DNA from: Nitrospinota bacterium
GTDB lineage: Bacteria > Nitrospinota > Nitrospinia > Nitrospinales > VA-1
Assembly: GCA_014382285.1 (NCBI GenBank)
Contig: JACNKA010000060.1
Coordinates: forward strand, 6,987 to 70,986
Direction: 5' to 3'
Length of the DNA stretch: 64,000 nucleotides
The notes below the pieces were generated by a model that was not told the origin of the DNA, ran no database searches, and saw only the letters and a list, made by a program, of their open reading frames with translations. Positions 27,954-37,944 of the stretch are shown here, one piece after another. Positions within the stretch are counted from its first letter, which is position 1. Every line of letters begins with the position of its first letter. The translations under genes were made by a program, and so were the position numbers.

Positions 27954-28568
27954 ATGCTCGCTTTCAAAAACAATATTTACGACACCTCGTCTCTCGGCAA
28001 ACTGACTCCCAGTCCGGACCCGAACTACAACTCTTCTTTTGATCCCCGCCATTTTGTTGAAGTGGCACTGAATCAGGAAGAAGAAGTTTTGTCATTTATT
28101 GAACGTCAGCCTCAGGAGTACTGGCGAGAAGATTTCAGCCAGTTTTATCCTCATGCAGGAAGAATAAATTCGATGTATGCTCTTAAAGAGATCCTGAGAA
28201 TATTGCAATTCGGTTTAGATGATACTTCATGCTGGCAGCATATGAACACTTATCATTTTTGTTTTTTATATGATGTGTTCGTGCGCTTTTCTTTTAACTA
28301 CAACCATGACAACTTGCAGGAAAAATTATTAAACCTTCCTGAGTTAGAAGGTAAACCTGTATTTCTTGGTATTTTTATCAGCAACTATTTTTTCAATAAA
28401 GCATTTCTGGTAGACCCTGAACATTTTAACTCTTTAGAGCGGGAAGATAAAATCACACTCGGGTATGACGGGCCTCACCTGTTTGCCGTGGTCAACGGTC
28501 TCACCCCTACACGAGAAGAAATGTCTCTCAAAGAATCCCAAGATTATCCTTACACAGTTTTTGTTTAG
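27954..28568 (+). CDS. Hypothetical protein, paralog B
   Basis: Full-length similarity to 26611-27204. Confidence 0.85.
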   Translation: MLAFKNNIYDTSSLGKLTPSPDPNYNSSFDPRHFVEVALNQEEEVLSFIERQPQEYWREDFSQFYPHAGRINSMYALKEILRILQFGLDDTSCWQHMNTYHFCFLYDVFVRFSFNYNHDNLQEKLLNLPELEGKPVFLGIFISNYFFNKAFLVDPEHFNSLEREDKITLGYDGPHLFAVVNGLTPTREEMSLKESQDYPYTVFV

Positions 28569-28672
28569 TTAATCACCCAAACAATCTTTATGGTCAAAGG
28601 GTAATTTATTAGCCAAAACTGTAAACTTTTCATTGCAAACACAATTCTGGAATCTCTTTTCTAGTTACCCCC

Positions 28673-29818
28673 ATGCCCGAACCATTTAAAAATCTTCTCA
28701 ATAGAATAATGATCCGTGGCATGGCCGAGCATTTTTCCAAAGCCGAGCCTGATTTTGATTCAGCAGGTTTTGTTATGATGGCAGGAGAAAACCTGGAGAC
28801 ATTGGAGCTTAAGGAACGCTCAACCCAAATAACTGCCACTCTGGCCACTTTCCTTCCAGACAATTTTGAAAAAGCCGCAGCAATCATGCTGGCGAGCCTC
28901 GCGCCCGAGGAATGTGATGCCGTTGTAAATGCACAACCGGGAACCCTGCAAGCGGATCAGCGGGGTATTGAGGGTTGGGCCATCATGCCCATGGTCGACT
29001 ACGTTGGCCTTTATGGTCGCGGACACTTCGATCTTTCTATGGCACTGCTTAAGGAAATGACCAAGCGGTTCAGTTCGGAATTTGGCATCCGTTTCTTTTT
29101 AATCGAAGAACCGGAGCGAACATTATCCCTACTCAAGGAATGGGCACGCGACTCCAACCACCACGTCCGCAGACTGATCTCCGAAGGCACACGTCCTCGC
29201 CTTCCCTGGGCTATGAGGTTGCCAGCCTTTATCGAAGACCCCACACCACTTCTTCCACTGCTTGAGGCACTCAAAGATGACGATGAAGAATATGTCCGCC
29301 GTTCCGTTGCAAATAATCTCAATGACATTGCCAAGGATCACCCTGACCTGATCGCAGAAATAGCAAAACGGTGGCTCAATGAGGCCAGCAAGGACCGAAA
29401 AAAACTGGTTCGTCATGCTTGCCGCACACTCATAAAACAAGGACATCAAAAAACATTAAAAGCCCTTGGCTATGACTCACCCTGCATAAAGCTGAAAAAC
29501 CTGGAAATATTGACTCCCAGTGTATCCTTTGGCAATGCCGTTATATTTGAATTGTGCCTGACCTCGACCTCCAAACATGCCCAACCTCTGATCATAGACT
29601 ATGCTATTCATCATCGCAAAGCCAATGGTAGCGCAACACCAAAGGTTTTCAAGTGGAAGACAATAACACTTGCCCCGCTAACGACAATGCCTAAGGCAAA
29701 AAAGAAACATGCCATCAAGAAAATTACAACACGGACTTATTACCCGGGCACACAAGGTTTAGAAGTTCTGATAAACGGCGTTTCATTTGGAGTTAAGACT
29801 TTTGAATTAGTTATGTAA
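28673..29818 (+). CDS. DNA alkylation repair protein (AlkC/AlkD-like HEAT repeat)
   Basis: FSSEFGIR, HVRRLISEGTRPRLPW, YVRRSVANNLNDIAKDHP, KKITTRTYYPG. Confidence 0.9.
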   Translation: MPEPFKNLLNRIMIRGMAEHFSKAEPDFDSAGFVMMAGENLETLELKERSTQITATLATFLPDNFEKAAAIMLASLAPEECDAVVNAQPGTLQADQRGIEGWAIMPMVDYVGLYGRGHFDLSMALLKEMTKRFSSEFGIRFFLIEEPERTLSLLKEWARDSNHHVRRLISEGTRPRLPWAMRLPAFIEDPTPLLPLLEALKDDDEEYVRRSVANNLNDIAKDHPDLIAEIAKRWLNEASKDRKKLVRHACRTLIKQGHQKTLKALGYDSPCIKLKNLEILTPSVSFGNAVIFELCLTSTSKHAQPLIIDYAIHHRKANGSATPKVFKWKTITLAPLTTMPKAKKKHAIKKITTRTYYPGTQGLEVLINGVSFGVKTFELVM

Positions 29819-29884
29819 CAATTTAATTAGGCTATCCATTTGATTAAGACACATTTTTTTCTATAGAACAAAAGGAGGACTTCG

Positions 29885-31438
29885 TTGCTCCCTGTTGTTA
29901 CAGCAAAACAAATGCAGGCTATTGATCGGCAGACGATTGATGAGTTTGGCATCCCCGGCATCACCCTTATGGAAAATGCCGGTGTTGCAGTTGTGCATGA
30001 ATTGCAAAAGCGTTTTCCTGACCTGTCCCACAAAAAGGTTTTCATATTTTGTGGCAAAGGTAATAACGGCGGAGATGGCTTTGTCATTGCCCGGCATCTG
30101 TTCAATCTAGGCTCTGAAGTTCAGGTCCTGTTAACCGGAAAATTGTCGAAGTTGAAAGGCGATGCTGAAACCAACGCCAACTCCGCCCGAAATATCGGGG
30201 TTCAGGTTGATGAGTTAGATGTCGACAACTTGAACTGTCACGATCATAAACTGCGCCATTGCGATATCATCATCGATGCCGTGTTCGGAACAGGATTGAA
30301 TAAACCGGTCTCTGGCTTCATGGAAAAAGTCATCGACAAAATCAACCAGTTTGAAAGATTCGAAAAGTTTGTGGTTTCGGTAGATATCAATTCTGGAGTG
30401 GACTCCGATAGCGGTCAGTTAATCGGACCGCATGTAAAGTCTGACTTAACCCTCGCTCTGGCCTACTGGAAACAAAGTCATCTGCTTCATCCCTCAGCCG
30501 GTGTCATGCAGGAAGTCAGGCTCTTAGACATCGGAGTTCCGGAAAAAGCCAGTGAACAGCAAAGCATCCAAGTCCATCAGTCTACGGTAGAGGACATAAA
30601 ATCCTACTTCCAAAAACGCGACCCCAATTCCCACAAAGGCAATTATGGTCATGTTCTGGTGCTGGCAGGGTCGAGAGGCAAAGAAGGTGCCGCAGGGCTG
30701 ACCGCTCTTGCAGTTCTAAGAGCCGGGGCCGGTTTATGCACCCTCGCGCTTCCAGCCTCCAGCCAGAAAGCAATGCATCCCATGGAAGTAATGACCGTGC
30801 CGCTACCTGAAACCGCGAACGGCTCACTATCCTTAAAGGCAAAGCAATCCATTCTCGATCTCCTCAAGGACAAGTCAGTGGTGGCTATCGGCCCCGGTAT
30901 CTCCACCGACCCGGAAACAGTTGCTTTGATCGGTGAACTCCTGCCACAGATTCGATGCCCGCTGGTGCTGGATGCGGATGCCCTGAATGCGTTATCGTTG
31001 CATAAGGATTGGCTGAAGAAATTGCAGCCCGAAACCGTTCTCACCCCGCACCCAAAAGAAATGTCCCGTTTAATTGGAGTACCAACCGAGGAAATCCAAA
31101 GAAACCGGGTGGAAACAGCCTCCAGGTTTGCTCGTGAACATTCCCTGAATCTGGTCTTAAAAGGTTCCCCAAGCTTGATTGCTTTGCCCGATGGATCTCT
31201 CGTCATCAACCCCACAGGGAATCCTGGCATGGCGACCGGTGGGTCAGGAGATGTTTTGACCGGAATCATTTCAGGATTGATAGCTCAGGGTTTGTCTTCC
31301 TCACAGGCTTCCATTGCCGGAACCTATATACACGGCCAGGCCGGAGATCACTTTGCTGAACGCGAAAGCCAAACTACCCTGATCGCAGGAGACTTGTTAA
31401 GATGCCTTCCAGAAACCCTGAAACGTATACTCCCTTGA
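29885..31438 (+). CDS. nnr: Bifunctional NAD(P)HX epimerase/dehydratase
   Basis: LMENAG, GKGNNGGDG, DAVFGTG, SHKGNYG, VLDADALN, LTPHPKE, ATGGSGDVL. Confidence 0.95.
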   Translation: MLPVVTAKQMQAIDRQTIDEFGIPGITLMENAGVAVVHELQKRFPDLSHKKVFIFCGKGNNGGDGFVIARHLFNLGSEVQVLLTGKLSKLKGDAETNANSARNIGVQVDELDVDNLNCHDHKLRHCDIIIDAVFGTGLNKPVSGFMEKVIDKINQFERFEKFVVSVDINSGVDSDSGQLIGPHVKSDLTLALAYWKQSHLLHPSAGVMQEVRLLDIGVPEKASEQQSIQVHQSTVEDIKSYFQKRDPNSHKGNYGHVLVLAGSRGKEGAAGLTALAVLRAGAGLCTLALPASSQKAMHPMEVMTVPLPETANGSLSLKAKQSILDLLKDKSVVAIGPGISTDPETVALIGELLPQIRCPLVLDADALNALSLHKDWLKKLQPETVLTPHPKEMSRLIGVPTEEIQRNRVETASRFAREHSLNLVLKGSPSLIALPDGSLVINPTGNPGMATGGSGDVLTGIISGLIAQGLSSSQASIAGTYIHGQAGDHFAERESQTTLIAGDLLRCLPETLKRILP

Positions 31439-31439
31439 A

Positions 31440-31922
31440 ATGAAAAAAATATCACACAGTCCTGAGGAAACTCTGCAGCTAGGGAAATTTCTCGGCAGTT
31501 CGTTGATCCCCGGTGACATTATTCTTTTGTTTGGAGATCTTGGTGCTGGCAAAACCCACCTGACCCAGGGAATCTGCATCGGTTTGGGACTGGACCCTGA
31601 TGCCTATATTCGCAGCCCGACCTTTACACTGATCAACGAATACCCGGGGCGACTTCCGATTTATCATATCGATTTATACCGGATCGATAGTCAGGAAGAA
31701 ATCTATTCTCTAGGGCTTGAGGAAATTTTATTTAATCAGGGTGTCACCGTCATTGAGTGGGCAGAAAAACTGCGCACGCCCAATAGCTCTGAAAACCTCA
31801 TGCTGAATATCGAGGATAGAATAGAAGTTAATATAAAAATTATCAGTGACTCCGAGCGTGAATTCACCTTCAATTCGTTTTTCCCGGAACCAAGAACCCT
31901 CCCCATTTTTACTTTACTTTAA
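31440..31922 (+). CDS. tsaE: tRNA t6A biosynthesis ATPase
   Basis: GDLGAGKT, SPTFTL, HIDLYR, IEW. Confidence 0.96.
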   Translation: MKKISHSPEETLQLGKFLGSSLIPGDIILLFGDLGAGKTHLTQGICIGLGLDPDAYIRSPTFTLINEYPGRLPIYHIDLYRIDSQEEIYSLGLEEILFNQGVTVIEWAEKLRTPNSSENLMLNIEDRIEVNIKIISDSEREFTFNSFFPEPRTLPIFTLL

Positions 31923-31949
31923 TAGTTCCCTATGTAATCATTGCCCCTA

Positions 31950-31965
31950 TGGTATGCCATTTGCA
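31950..31965 (+). promoter_or_regulatory. Sigma54 -24/-12 promoter upstream of lptC
   Basis: TGGTATGCCATTTGCA (GG-N10-GC) ending 34 nt before the lptC ATG. Confidence 0.6.
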
Positions 31966-31999
31966 TATACTTTTAATGTGTTATAAAATAGACATTTAA

Positions 32000-32425
32000 A
32001 TGATTAATACCATCAGGAGAGTTTTACTATTACTCGCCCTCGGCGTGATTGGATTGGCAGGGTTCTACTTTCTCAAAAACATGGGTACTTCTGTCGACAT
32101 TGGAAACGTGAAAATCAAAGTCATGGGTGAAGGGGTCGATGTCGAGATTGAGAACTTCAAGATCGCCCACGAAAATAAAGGTGTCAAGGAGTGGGAGCTC
32201 AAGGCAGATTTAGCTCAAATCAATAACAAGCTGGATTTAACAAAAATGCGGAACGTAGAAATGATTCTCCACAAGGGGGAGGGCAAGCAATACATCATTA
32301 CCGCTGATTCTGGAATCTATAAAAGCAAAACCGAAGATGTAAGTTTGGATGGCAATGTCAAGCTCGTGGGTTCAGCCGAAGGATTGAAACAAAGGCTGAG
32401 CTCCTCCCCCAAGAAAAGCGACTGA
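32000..32425 (+). CDS. lptC: LPS export periplasmic protein LptC
   Basis: N-terminal TM, WELKA, ITADSG, LDGNV; precedes lptA and lptB. Confidence 0.85.
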   Translation: MINTIRRVLLLLALGVIGLAGFYFLKNMGTSVDIGNVKIKVMGEGVDVEIENFKIAHENKGVKEWELKADLAQINNKLDLTKMRNVEMILHKGEGKQYIITADSGIYKSKTEDVSLDGNVKLVGSAEGLKQRLSSSPKKSD

Positions 32426-32441
32426 AAACGTATAGAACAAT

Positions 32442-33017
32442 ATGAAAAACAAAAAACTCGGATATATCATTCTTATAGCCTGGGCATTAATGGCTGCTCC
32501 TTCCATAGCCCAGCAAGCACATGAAGCTCAAGACCAGGGTTCGCAAAAACCCAAGCAGGATAAAGAGCCTTTAGATATCACCTCCGATCGAATGCGGTCT
32601 GAAAATGGTGGAGTAAAAATTATTTTTTCCGGCAACGTAGTGAGCTACAAAGGCGACTTGAAAATCACCTCCGATATCATGGAGGTCTACAATTCAGCGG
32701 ATAAGAAAGAGACCGATGAGATTGTAGCTATTGGCAATGTCTTCATTACCCGTGGATTAAAAAAAGCTACTGGAGACCGCGCTGTCTATATAGATAAGTT
32801 GCAAAAAATCATTTTAACGGGCACTCCCAAGGCCACCGCATGGGAAGAGGACAATATGGTTGAAGGAAGAGAGATGATTTTTCTTTTGGATAAGGACCGG
32901 TTTGTGGTCAATGAAAGAGTGCGTATGAAAATCTATCCAAAAGATGAAGAAGAAAAAAAACCCGAAAAAAAAAAGTCTAAGCTGACCAATAAAAATCAAC
33001 CCTCCGTCCCCGAATAA
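32442..33017 (+). CDS. lptA: LPS transport periplasmic protein LptA
   Basis: Signal peptide, [25 protein letters not shown] (OstA fold). Confidence 0.88.
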   Translation: MKNKKLGYIILIAWALMAAPSIAQQAHEAQDQGSQKPKQDKEPLDITSDRMRSENGGVKIIFSGNVVSYKGDLKITSDIMEVYNSADKKETDEIVAIGNVFITRGLKKATGDRAVYIDKLQKIILTGTPKATAWEEDNMVEGREMIFLLDKDRFVVNERVRMKIYPKDEEEKKPEKKKSKLTNKNQPSVPE

Positions 33018-33022
33018 AAAAA

Positions 33023-33745
33023 GTGGCTGGTCTGAGAACTGAAAACCTTGTCAAATCATACCGGACGCGAAAGGTAGTCAAAAAGGTAAGTATTGAAGTC
33101 AATCAAGGTGAGATTGTCGGCCTACTCGGCCCAAATGGTGCCGGCAAAACCACTACTTTCTATATGGTCGTGGGGCTGACCCGTCCTGATGAAGGTAAAG
33201 TTTTATTAAACGATGAGGATGTCACCCATTTCCCTATGCATCTACGCGCCAAAAAAGGGATCAGCTATTTACCCCAGGAGCCTTCGGTTTTCAGGAAATT
33301 GACGGTGGAAGAGAATATCATCGCGGTGCTGGAATCTCAGAAGCTCACCAGTTTTGACCGCAAAAAAAAGGCCCGTGCGCTTCTCCGGGAACTCAACATC
33401 CTCCATATAAAAGACTCAAAAGCTTATTCGCTTTCGGGGGGAGAACGCAGACGGGTAGAAATCAGCAGGGCTTTGGCAACCTCTCCAGTATTTATTCTCC
33501 TGGACGAACCCTTTGCTGGCATCGACCCCATTGCGGTGGCAGATATTCAGTCAATAATATCGCAATTAAAAAAAAAGGGCATTGGGGTTTTGATCACCGA
33601 TCATAGTGTGCGGGAAACCTTAAGCATCACCGACCGTGCCTACATTATCAACGATGGAGAAATCATCTCGTCAGGTAAACCGATGGATGTTGCCCAGGAT
33701 GAAAAAGTGAAACAGATTTATCTGGGCGACCAGTTTTCGTTTTGA
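33023..33745 (+). CDS. lptB: LPS export ABC ATPase
   Basis: [45 protein letters not shown]. Confidence 0.97.
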   Translation: MAGLRTENLVKSYRTRKVVKKVSIEVNQGEIVGLLGPNGAGKTTTFYMVVGLTRPDEGKVLLNDEDVTHFPMHLRAKKGISYLPQEPSVFRKLTVEENIIAVLESQKLTSFDRKKKARALLRELNILHIKDSKAYSLSGGERRRVEISRALATSPVFILLDEPFAGIDPIAVADIQSIISQLKKKGIGVLITDHSVRETLSITDRAYIINDGEIISSGKPMDVAQDEKVKQIYLGDQFSF

Positions 33746-33762
33746 GCCGGGAGTAAGCAAAT

Positions 33763-35190
33763 ATGGCAATGGAAATGAAAATGAATTTGAACCTGAAGCT
33801 GGGCCAGAAGCTGGTTATGACACCTATGCTTCAACAGGCCATCAAGCTTCTGCCATTGGCACGTCTGGAACTCGCTCAGTTGGTAAGACAGGAAATCGTA
33901 GAAAATCCAGTTCTGGAAGAACTGCTTGAAGACGAAAACGAACAGGAAAATAACCAGGAAGAAACAGGGCCAAAAGAAGAACCCTCCCTCGATGCAGAAC
34001 AAGACACAACCTCTCAGGAGCAGGAAATAGACTGGGATAGTTATTTCCAAGACAATATTGATCGGGGTATGTCTATCGAAAGCTATGCCGAAAAACCCTC
34101 GATTGAGGCCACATACAAAAAAGAAGCTACTTTGGCAGACCACCTCATGTGGCAACTGGATTTGACCGTTGACTCTGAAGCAGATAAATTTATCGGATCC
34201 TGCATTATCGGTAATATTCAAAATGACGGATACCTTTGCGCAGATCTGCAAGAAATCGTTGATATCAGCCAGTCCGATGAAGAAAGTGTGCTGAGGGTTC
34301 TAAAAATCATACAGAGTTTTGAACCTACCGGGGTTGCCTCCCGATCCCTGAAAGAATGTCTGATGCTTCAGGCTCACGCCCATTCAGACAAAAACCCCTA
34401 TGTAGAATTACTCATTGAAAATTATCTCGAACGACTGGAAGACCGGTTCCTGCAAAAGGTTGCTTCTGAATTGAAAATTGATTTAGAAAAAGTTTTAGAG
34501 GCCTTGGGAATTATCAAAAGTTTTTGTCCCAAACCAGGGCTTTTATTCAGTTCCGAAGGAGTCGATTATGTGGTTCCCGATCTTGTAGTGATAAAAACAG
34601 ATGAGGGTTACGATGTGGTTTTGAATGATGAAGGGGTCCCAAACCTGAGGATCAGCTCTTATTATCATAATCTGCTAAAAACCACCAAAGAAGGGCAGAC
34701 CAAGGAATATCTGGAAGACAAATACCGGTCCGCTTTATGGCTGATTAAAAGTATCGACCAAAGAAGACAAACGATATATAAAGTCGGGAAAAGTATCGTG
34801 AAACTGCAAAAAGGTTTCCTGGACGATGGTTTGTCCTACTTACAGCCTATGGTGCTGAAAGATGTCGCCAGGGATATCGAAATGCATGAATCGACAGTAA
34901 GCAGAATCACCACCAACAAATACATAGATACGCCACAGGGAGTTTTTGAGCTGAAATTCTTTTTCCATAGCGGCATTAAATCTTATATGGGAAACTCGAT
35001 GTCCTCCATCCGTGTAAAAAATATGATCAAAGAAATCATTAATGAGGAGGACGGAAATAGTCCGTTGACAGATGATCAAATGGTGCAAGCATTAATGATA
35101 AAAAATGCTAAAATAGCCAGGAGAACCATCACCAAATACCGAAAGGAACTGAATATTCCACCTGCGAGCAAGAGAAAAAAATTGTTTTAA
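33763..35190 (+). CDS. rpoN: RNA polymerase sigma-54 factor
   Basis: MTPMLQQAIKLL, MHESTVSR, RpoN box ARRTITKYR. Confidence 0.98.
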   Translation: MAMEMKMNLNLKLGQKLVMTPMLQQAIKLLPLARLELAQLVRQEIVENPVLEELLEDENEQENNQEETGPKEEPSLDAEQDTTSQEQEIDWDSYFQDNIDRGMSIESYAEKPSIEATYKKEATLADHLMWQLDLTVDSEADKFIGSCIIGNIQNDGYLCADLQEIVDISQSDEESVLRVLKIIQSFEPTGVASRSLKECLMLQAHAHSDKNPYVELLIENYLERLEDRFLQKVASELKIDLEKVLEALGIIKSFCPKPGLLFSSEGVDYVVPDLVVIKTDEGYDVVLNDEGVPNLRISSYYHNLLKTTKEGQTKEYLEDKYRSALWLIKSIDQRRQTIYKVGKSIVKLQKGFLDDGLSYLQPMVLKDVARDIEMHESTVSRITTNKYIDTPQGVFELKFFFHSGIKSYMGNSMSSIRVKNMIKEIINEEDGNSPLTDDQMVQALMIKNAKIARRTITKYRKELNIPPASKRKKLF

Positions 35191-35271
35191 TTTTCCCTTC
35201 CTTCTAGTAACTTATGCACCTTTTAGCGTGCTTTAATCACCATGCGTTGTTGACATTTTTTTGGAGAGATC

Positions 35272-35601
35272 ATGAAACTGACTGTAGCGGGACGCAATAT
35301 TGAAATCACGGATGGAATTCGTGAGCACTTACAAAATAAAATGGATAAGACCATCCACGAGTTGGGCGAAGAAACAGATGTACACGTGGCACTGTCTGTA
35401 GAGAAACACCGGCATTTTGCAGAAATCACAGTTAAGACAAAAGGGTTTTCGGTGCACAGCACGGAGGAGACCGATGACCTCTATGCTTCGATGGATAATG
35501 CTCTGGTAAAAATTGAAAAACAGCTAAGAAAACACAAAGAAAAAGCCCAGGCACTTAGAAACAAAAAAGGCTCACAGTCCAAAGAGCAAAGTCAGGGCTG
35601 A
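35272..35601 (+). CDS. hpf: Ribosome hibernation promoting factor
   Basis: GRNIEIT, DLYASMD, KIEKQLRKHK; follows rpoN. Confidence 0.93.
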   Translation: MKLTVAGRNIEITDGIREHLQNKMDKTIHELGEETDVHVALSVEKHRHFAEITVKTKGFSVHSTEETDDLYASMDNALVKIEKQLRKHKEKAQALRNKKGSQSKEQSQG

Positions 35602-35633
35602 ATCAATTTTATCCATACTTGCTCCCATAAAAA

Positions 35634-36098
35634 ATGAAAATTGACGATATCTTAAAAAAGGATTCCATTATTGCCGACTTGGTCGGAACCAATAAGGAAG
35701 AAGTCCTCCGTGAAGTCACCGATTTCCTGCAAAGTCAGGGTTTGATCAAGGACAAGGAAGCATTACTCAATACCTTGATAGAAAGGGAAAGGCTGGGTAG
35801 CACGGGAATTGGTGAAAATGTTGCCATCCCGCACGGAAAATCCGATGAGCTTTCCCAGATTGTCACAGTCTTTGCGCGTTCAATAAATGGGGTGGACTTT
35901 GAGGCTCTTGACCAAAAACCTGTTCATTTTGTATGCATGGTTATCGCCCCCTCCAATTCCACAGGACAACATTTAAAAGCACTGGCTCGAATATCAAGAA
36001 TTTTCAAAAACCAGAATTTGCGCGATAATATTCTAAAATTACAAGACGCGAATCAAATCTATTCACTTCTTCTGGAAGAAGACTCTAAGTTTATTTAA
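35634..36098 (+). CDS. ptsN: PTS EIIA (Ntr/Fru type)
   Basis: RERLGSTGIG.NVAIPHG, HLKALARISR. Confidence 0.92.
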   Translation: MKIDDILKKDSIIADLVGTNKEEVLREVTDFLQSQGLIKDKEALLNTLIERERLGSTGIGENVAIPHGKSDELSQIVTVFARSINGVDFEALDQKPVHFVCMVIAPSNSTGQHLKALARISRIFKNQNLRDNILKLQDANQIYSLLLEEDSKFI

Positions 36099-37874
36099 TT
36101 GACCATGAAAGGTATTTCCGTATCAAAAGGGGTTGCAATCGGGAAAGCATATCTGCTTGACTCAACCAAGTTCTGCATCATCAAGCATCAGGTCAGTGAA
36201 ATTGAAGTAGAAATAGAGGTCGAGCGCTTTCGCCAAGCCATTGAAAAAACCAAGCTCCAAATGGCCGAAATAAAAAAGCGTGCCGAAAAAATTGCCGATA
36301 AATACGCAGTTATTCTGGATACCTACACCCTGCTCCTGGATGATGACATCCTGGTTAACGACACCATCGAAAATATCAGAAAACATAAAACCAACGCAGA
36401 GTGGGCCCTCACCCAAACTTTAAATAATTTTTTAAAACTGTTTGACAATATTAACGATGACTATCTAAAGGGTAAAAAGGACGACCTTGACTTACTCGTC
36501 CAGACCATTCTGAAGAACCTCATTGGCCACTCTCAGGAATCCCTGTCTGACATTCATGAGCCTGTAATTATTGCGACCCATTCCCTGAGTCCCTCGGACA
36601 CCATAATGATGCCCAAAAACTTCGTCAAAGGTCTGGTCACCGAGGCGGGGGGGAAAACCTCTCATGTAGGTATATTTGCCGCAGCATTGGGCATCCCTGC
36701 CATCACCGGTGTTAAAGAGATCACCTCAAAAATCAACTCGGGAGACCAAATCATTGTTGATGGTATAGATGGGGAAGTCATCATAAACCCATCCAGCGAA
36801 ACACTACAACAGTACGAAAAAAAGCAAGCCAACTACCGCAAATATGAAGAGCACTTACTGACCAACATCAACCAGCAGGCAGAAACACTCGACGGGCATC
36901 AGGTTAAACTGCTGGCTAATATTGAGTCCAATCAGGAAGTCAAAACCCTTCACAAGTTCGGTGTCGAAGGAGTAGGGCTATATCGCACAGAGTTTCTTTA
37001 TATGGCAGCAACTTCCTTGCCGGGAGAAAGAGAACTCTATGAAGATTTCAAACAAGTCGTCCAGGAAATGGGAGACCAACCTGTTGTAATTCGTACCCTG
37101 GACATCGGAATGGACAAGCAGTTCGGTGATGCCAGAAACAACGATGAAGATAACCCCGCTCTGGGTTTAAGAGGCATTCGCTTGTCTCTCGCTAAACCCC
37201 ATCTATTGACTGACCAATTGAAAGGCATATTGAGGGCGAGCTTATATGGAAATGTGAAAATTCTTTATCCCATGATCTCTTCAGCAACTGAAATTATTCA
37301 GGCCAACGCTATCCTGGAAGAGGCAAAAAACCAATTGCGTCTGGAACAAATTCCATTTAATGAAGAAATCGAAGTGGGTGCAATGATAGAAACCCCGGCG
37401 GCGGCCATCTGTATAGAGCATATACTCAAAGAAGTGGACTACATCAGCATCGGGACCAACGACTTAATTCAGTATCTTCTAGCAGTGGATCGAATCAATG
37501 AGAGCGTTGCACACCTGTATCAACCCTTTCACCCTGCAGTGCTGAGGACATTAAAAAACATTATGAGTTCTGCTGAAAAAGTTGGCAAAAAGGTTTCCAT
37601 TTGTGGAGAACTCGGTGGGGACCCGATGGCAACCATGCTTTTATTGGGCCTGGGAAAAATTGATTCCTTGAGCATGGAGCCCCATTCTGTGCCAAAAGTA
37701 AAAAAAGTTATCCGCACTATTCGGCTTGAGGAAGCACGCCAATTGGCCGATGATGTTCTTGAGATGAGTTGTCCCGATGAAATAACATCCTTCATCACCA
37801 ATGCAATGAGGGTTCGATTCCCCGAAGATTTTGACAGGGATATAAGCTTCGAGCAGAAGTTGAATCCGGCCTGA
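36099..37874 (+). CDS. ptsI: PEP-protein phosphotransferase (enzyme I)
   Basis: GGKTSH, GVGLYRTEF, NPALGLRGIR, SIGTNDL, ICGE. Confidence 0.95.
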   Translation: MTMKGISVSKGVAIGKAYLLDSTKFCIIKHQVSEIEVEIEVERFRQAIEKTKLQMAEIKKRAEKIADKYAVILDTYTLLLDDDILVNDTIENIRKHKTNAEWALTQTLNNFLKLFDNINDDYLKGKKDDLDLLVQTILKNLIGHSQESLSDIHEPVIIATHSLSPSDTIMMPKNFVKGLVTEAGGKTSHVGIFAAALGIPAITGVKEITSKINSGDQIIVDGIDGEVIINPSSETLQQYEKKQANYRKYEEHLLTNINQQAETLDGHQVKLLANIESNQEVKTLHKFGVEGVGLYRTEFLYMAATSLPGERELYEDFKQVVQEMGDQPVVIRTLDIGMDKQFGDARNNDEDNPALGLRGIRLSLAKPHLLTDQLKGILRASLYGNVKILYPMISSATEIIQANAILEEAKNQLRLEQIPFNEEIEVGAMIETPAAAICIEHILKEVDYISIGTNDLIQYLLAVDRINESVAHLYQPFHPAVLRTLKNIMSSAEKVGKKVSICGELGGDPMATMLLLGLGKIDSLSMEPHSVPKVKKVIRTIRLEEARQLADDVLEMSCPDEITSFITNAMRVRFPEDFDRDISFEQKLNPA

Positions 37875-37944
37875 AGTTATACAACTATAAAAAATTTTAT
37901 GACTAAACTAAGTTTCTAACCTTACCAAAAAAAGGAAATTTTTA

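Noticed and set aside
37875..37944. SAM riboswitch ahead of metK
   Set aside because: The gap is only 70 nt, AT-rich, and has no S-box motifs.
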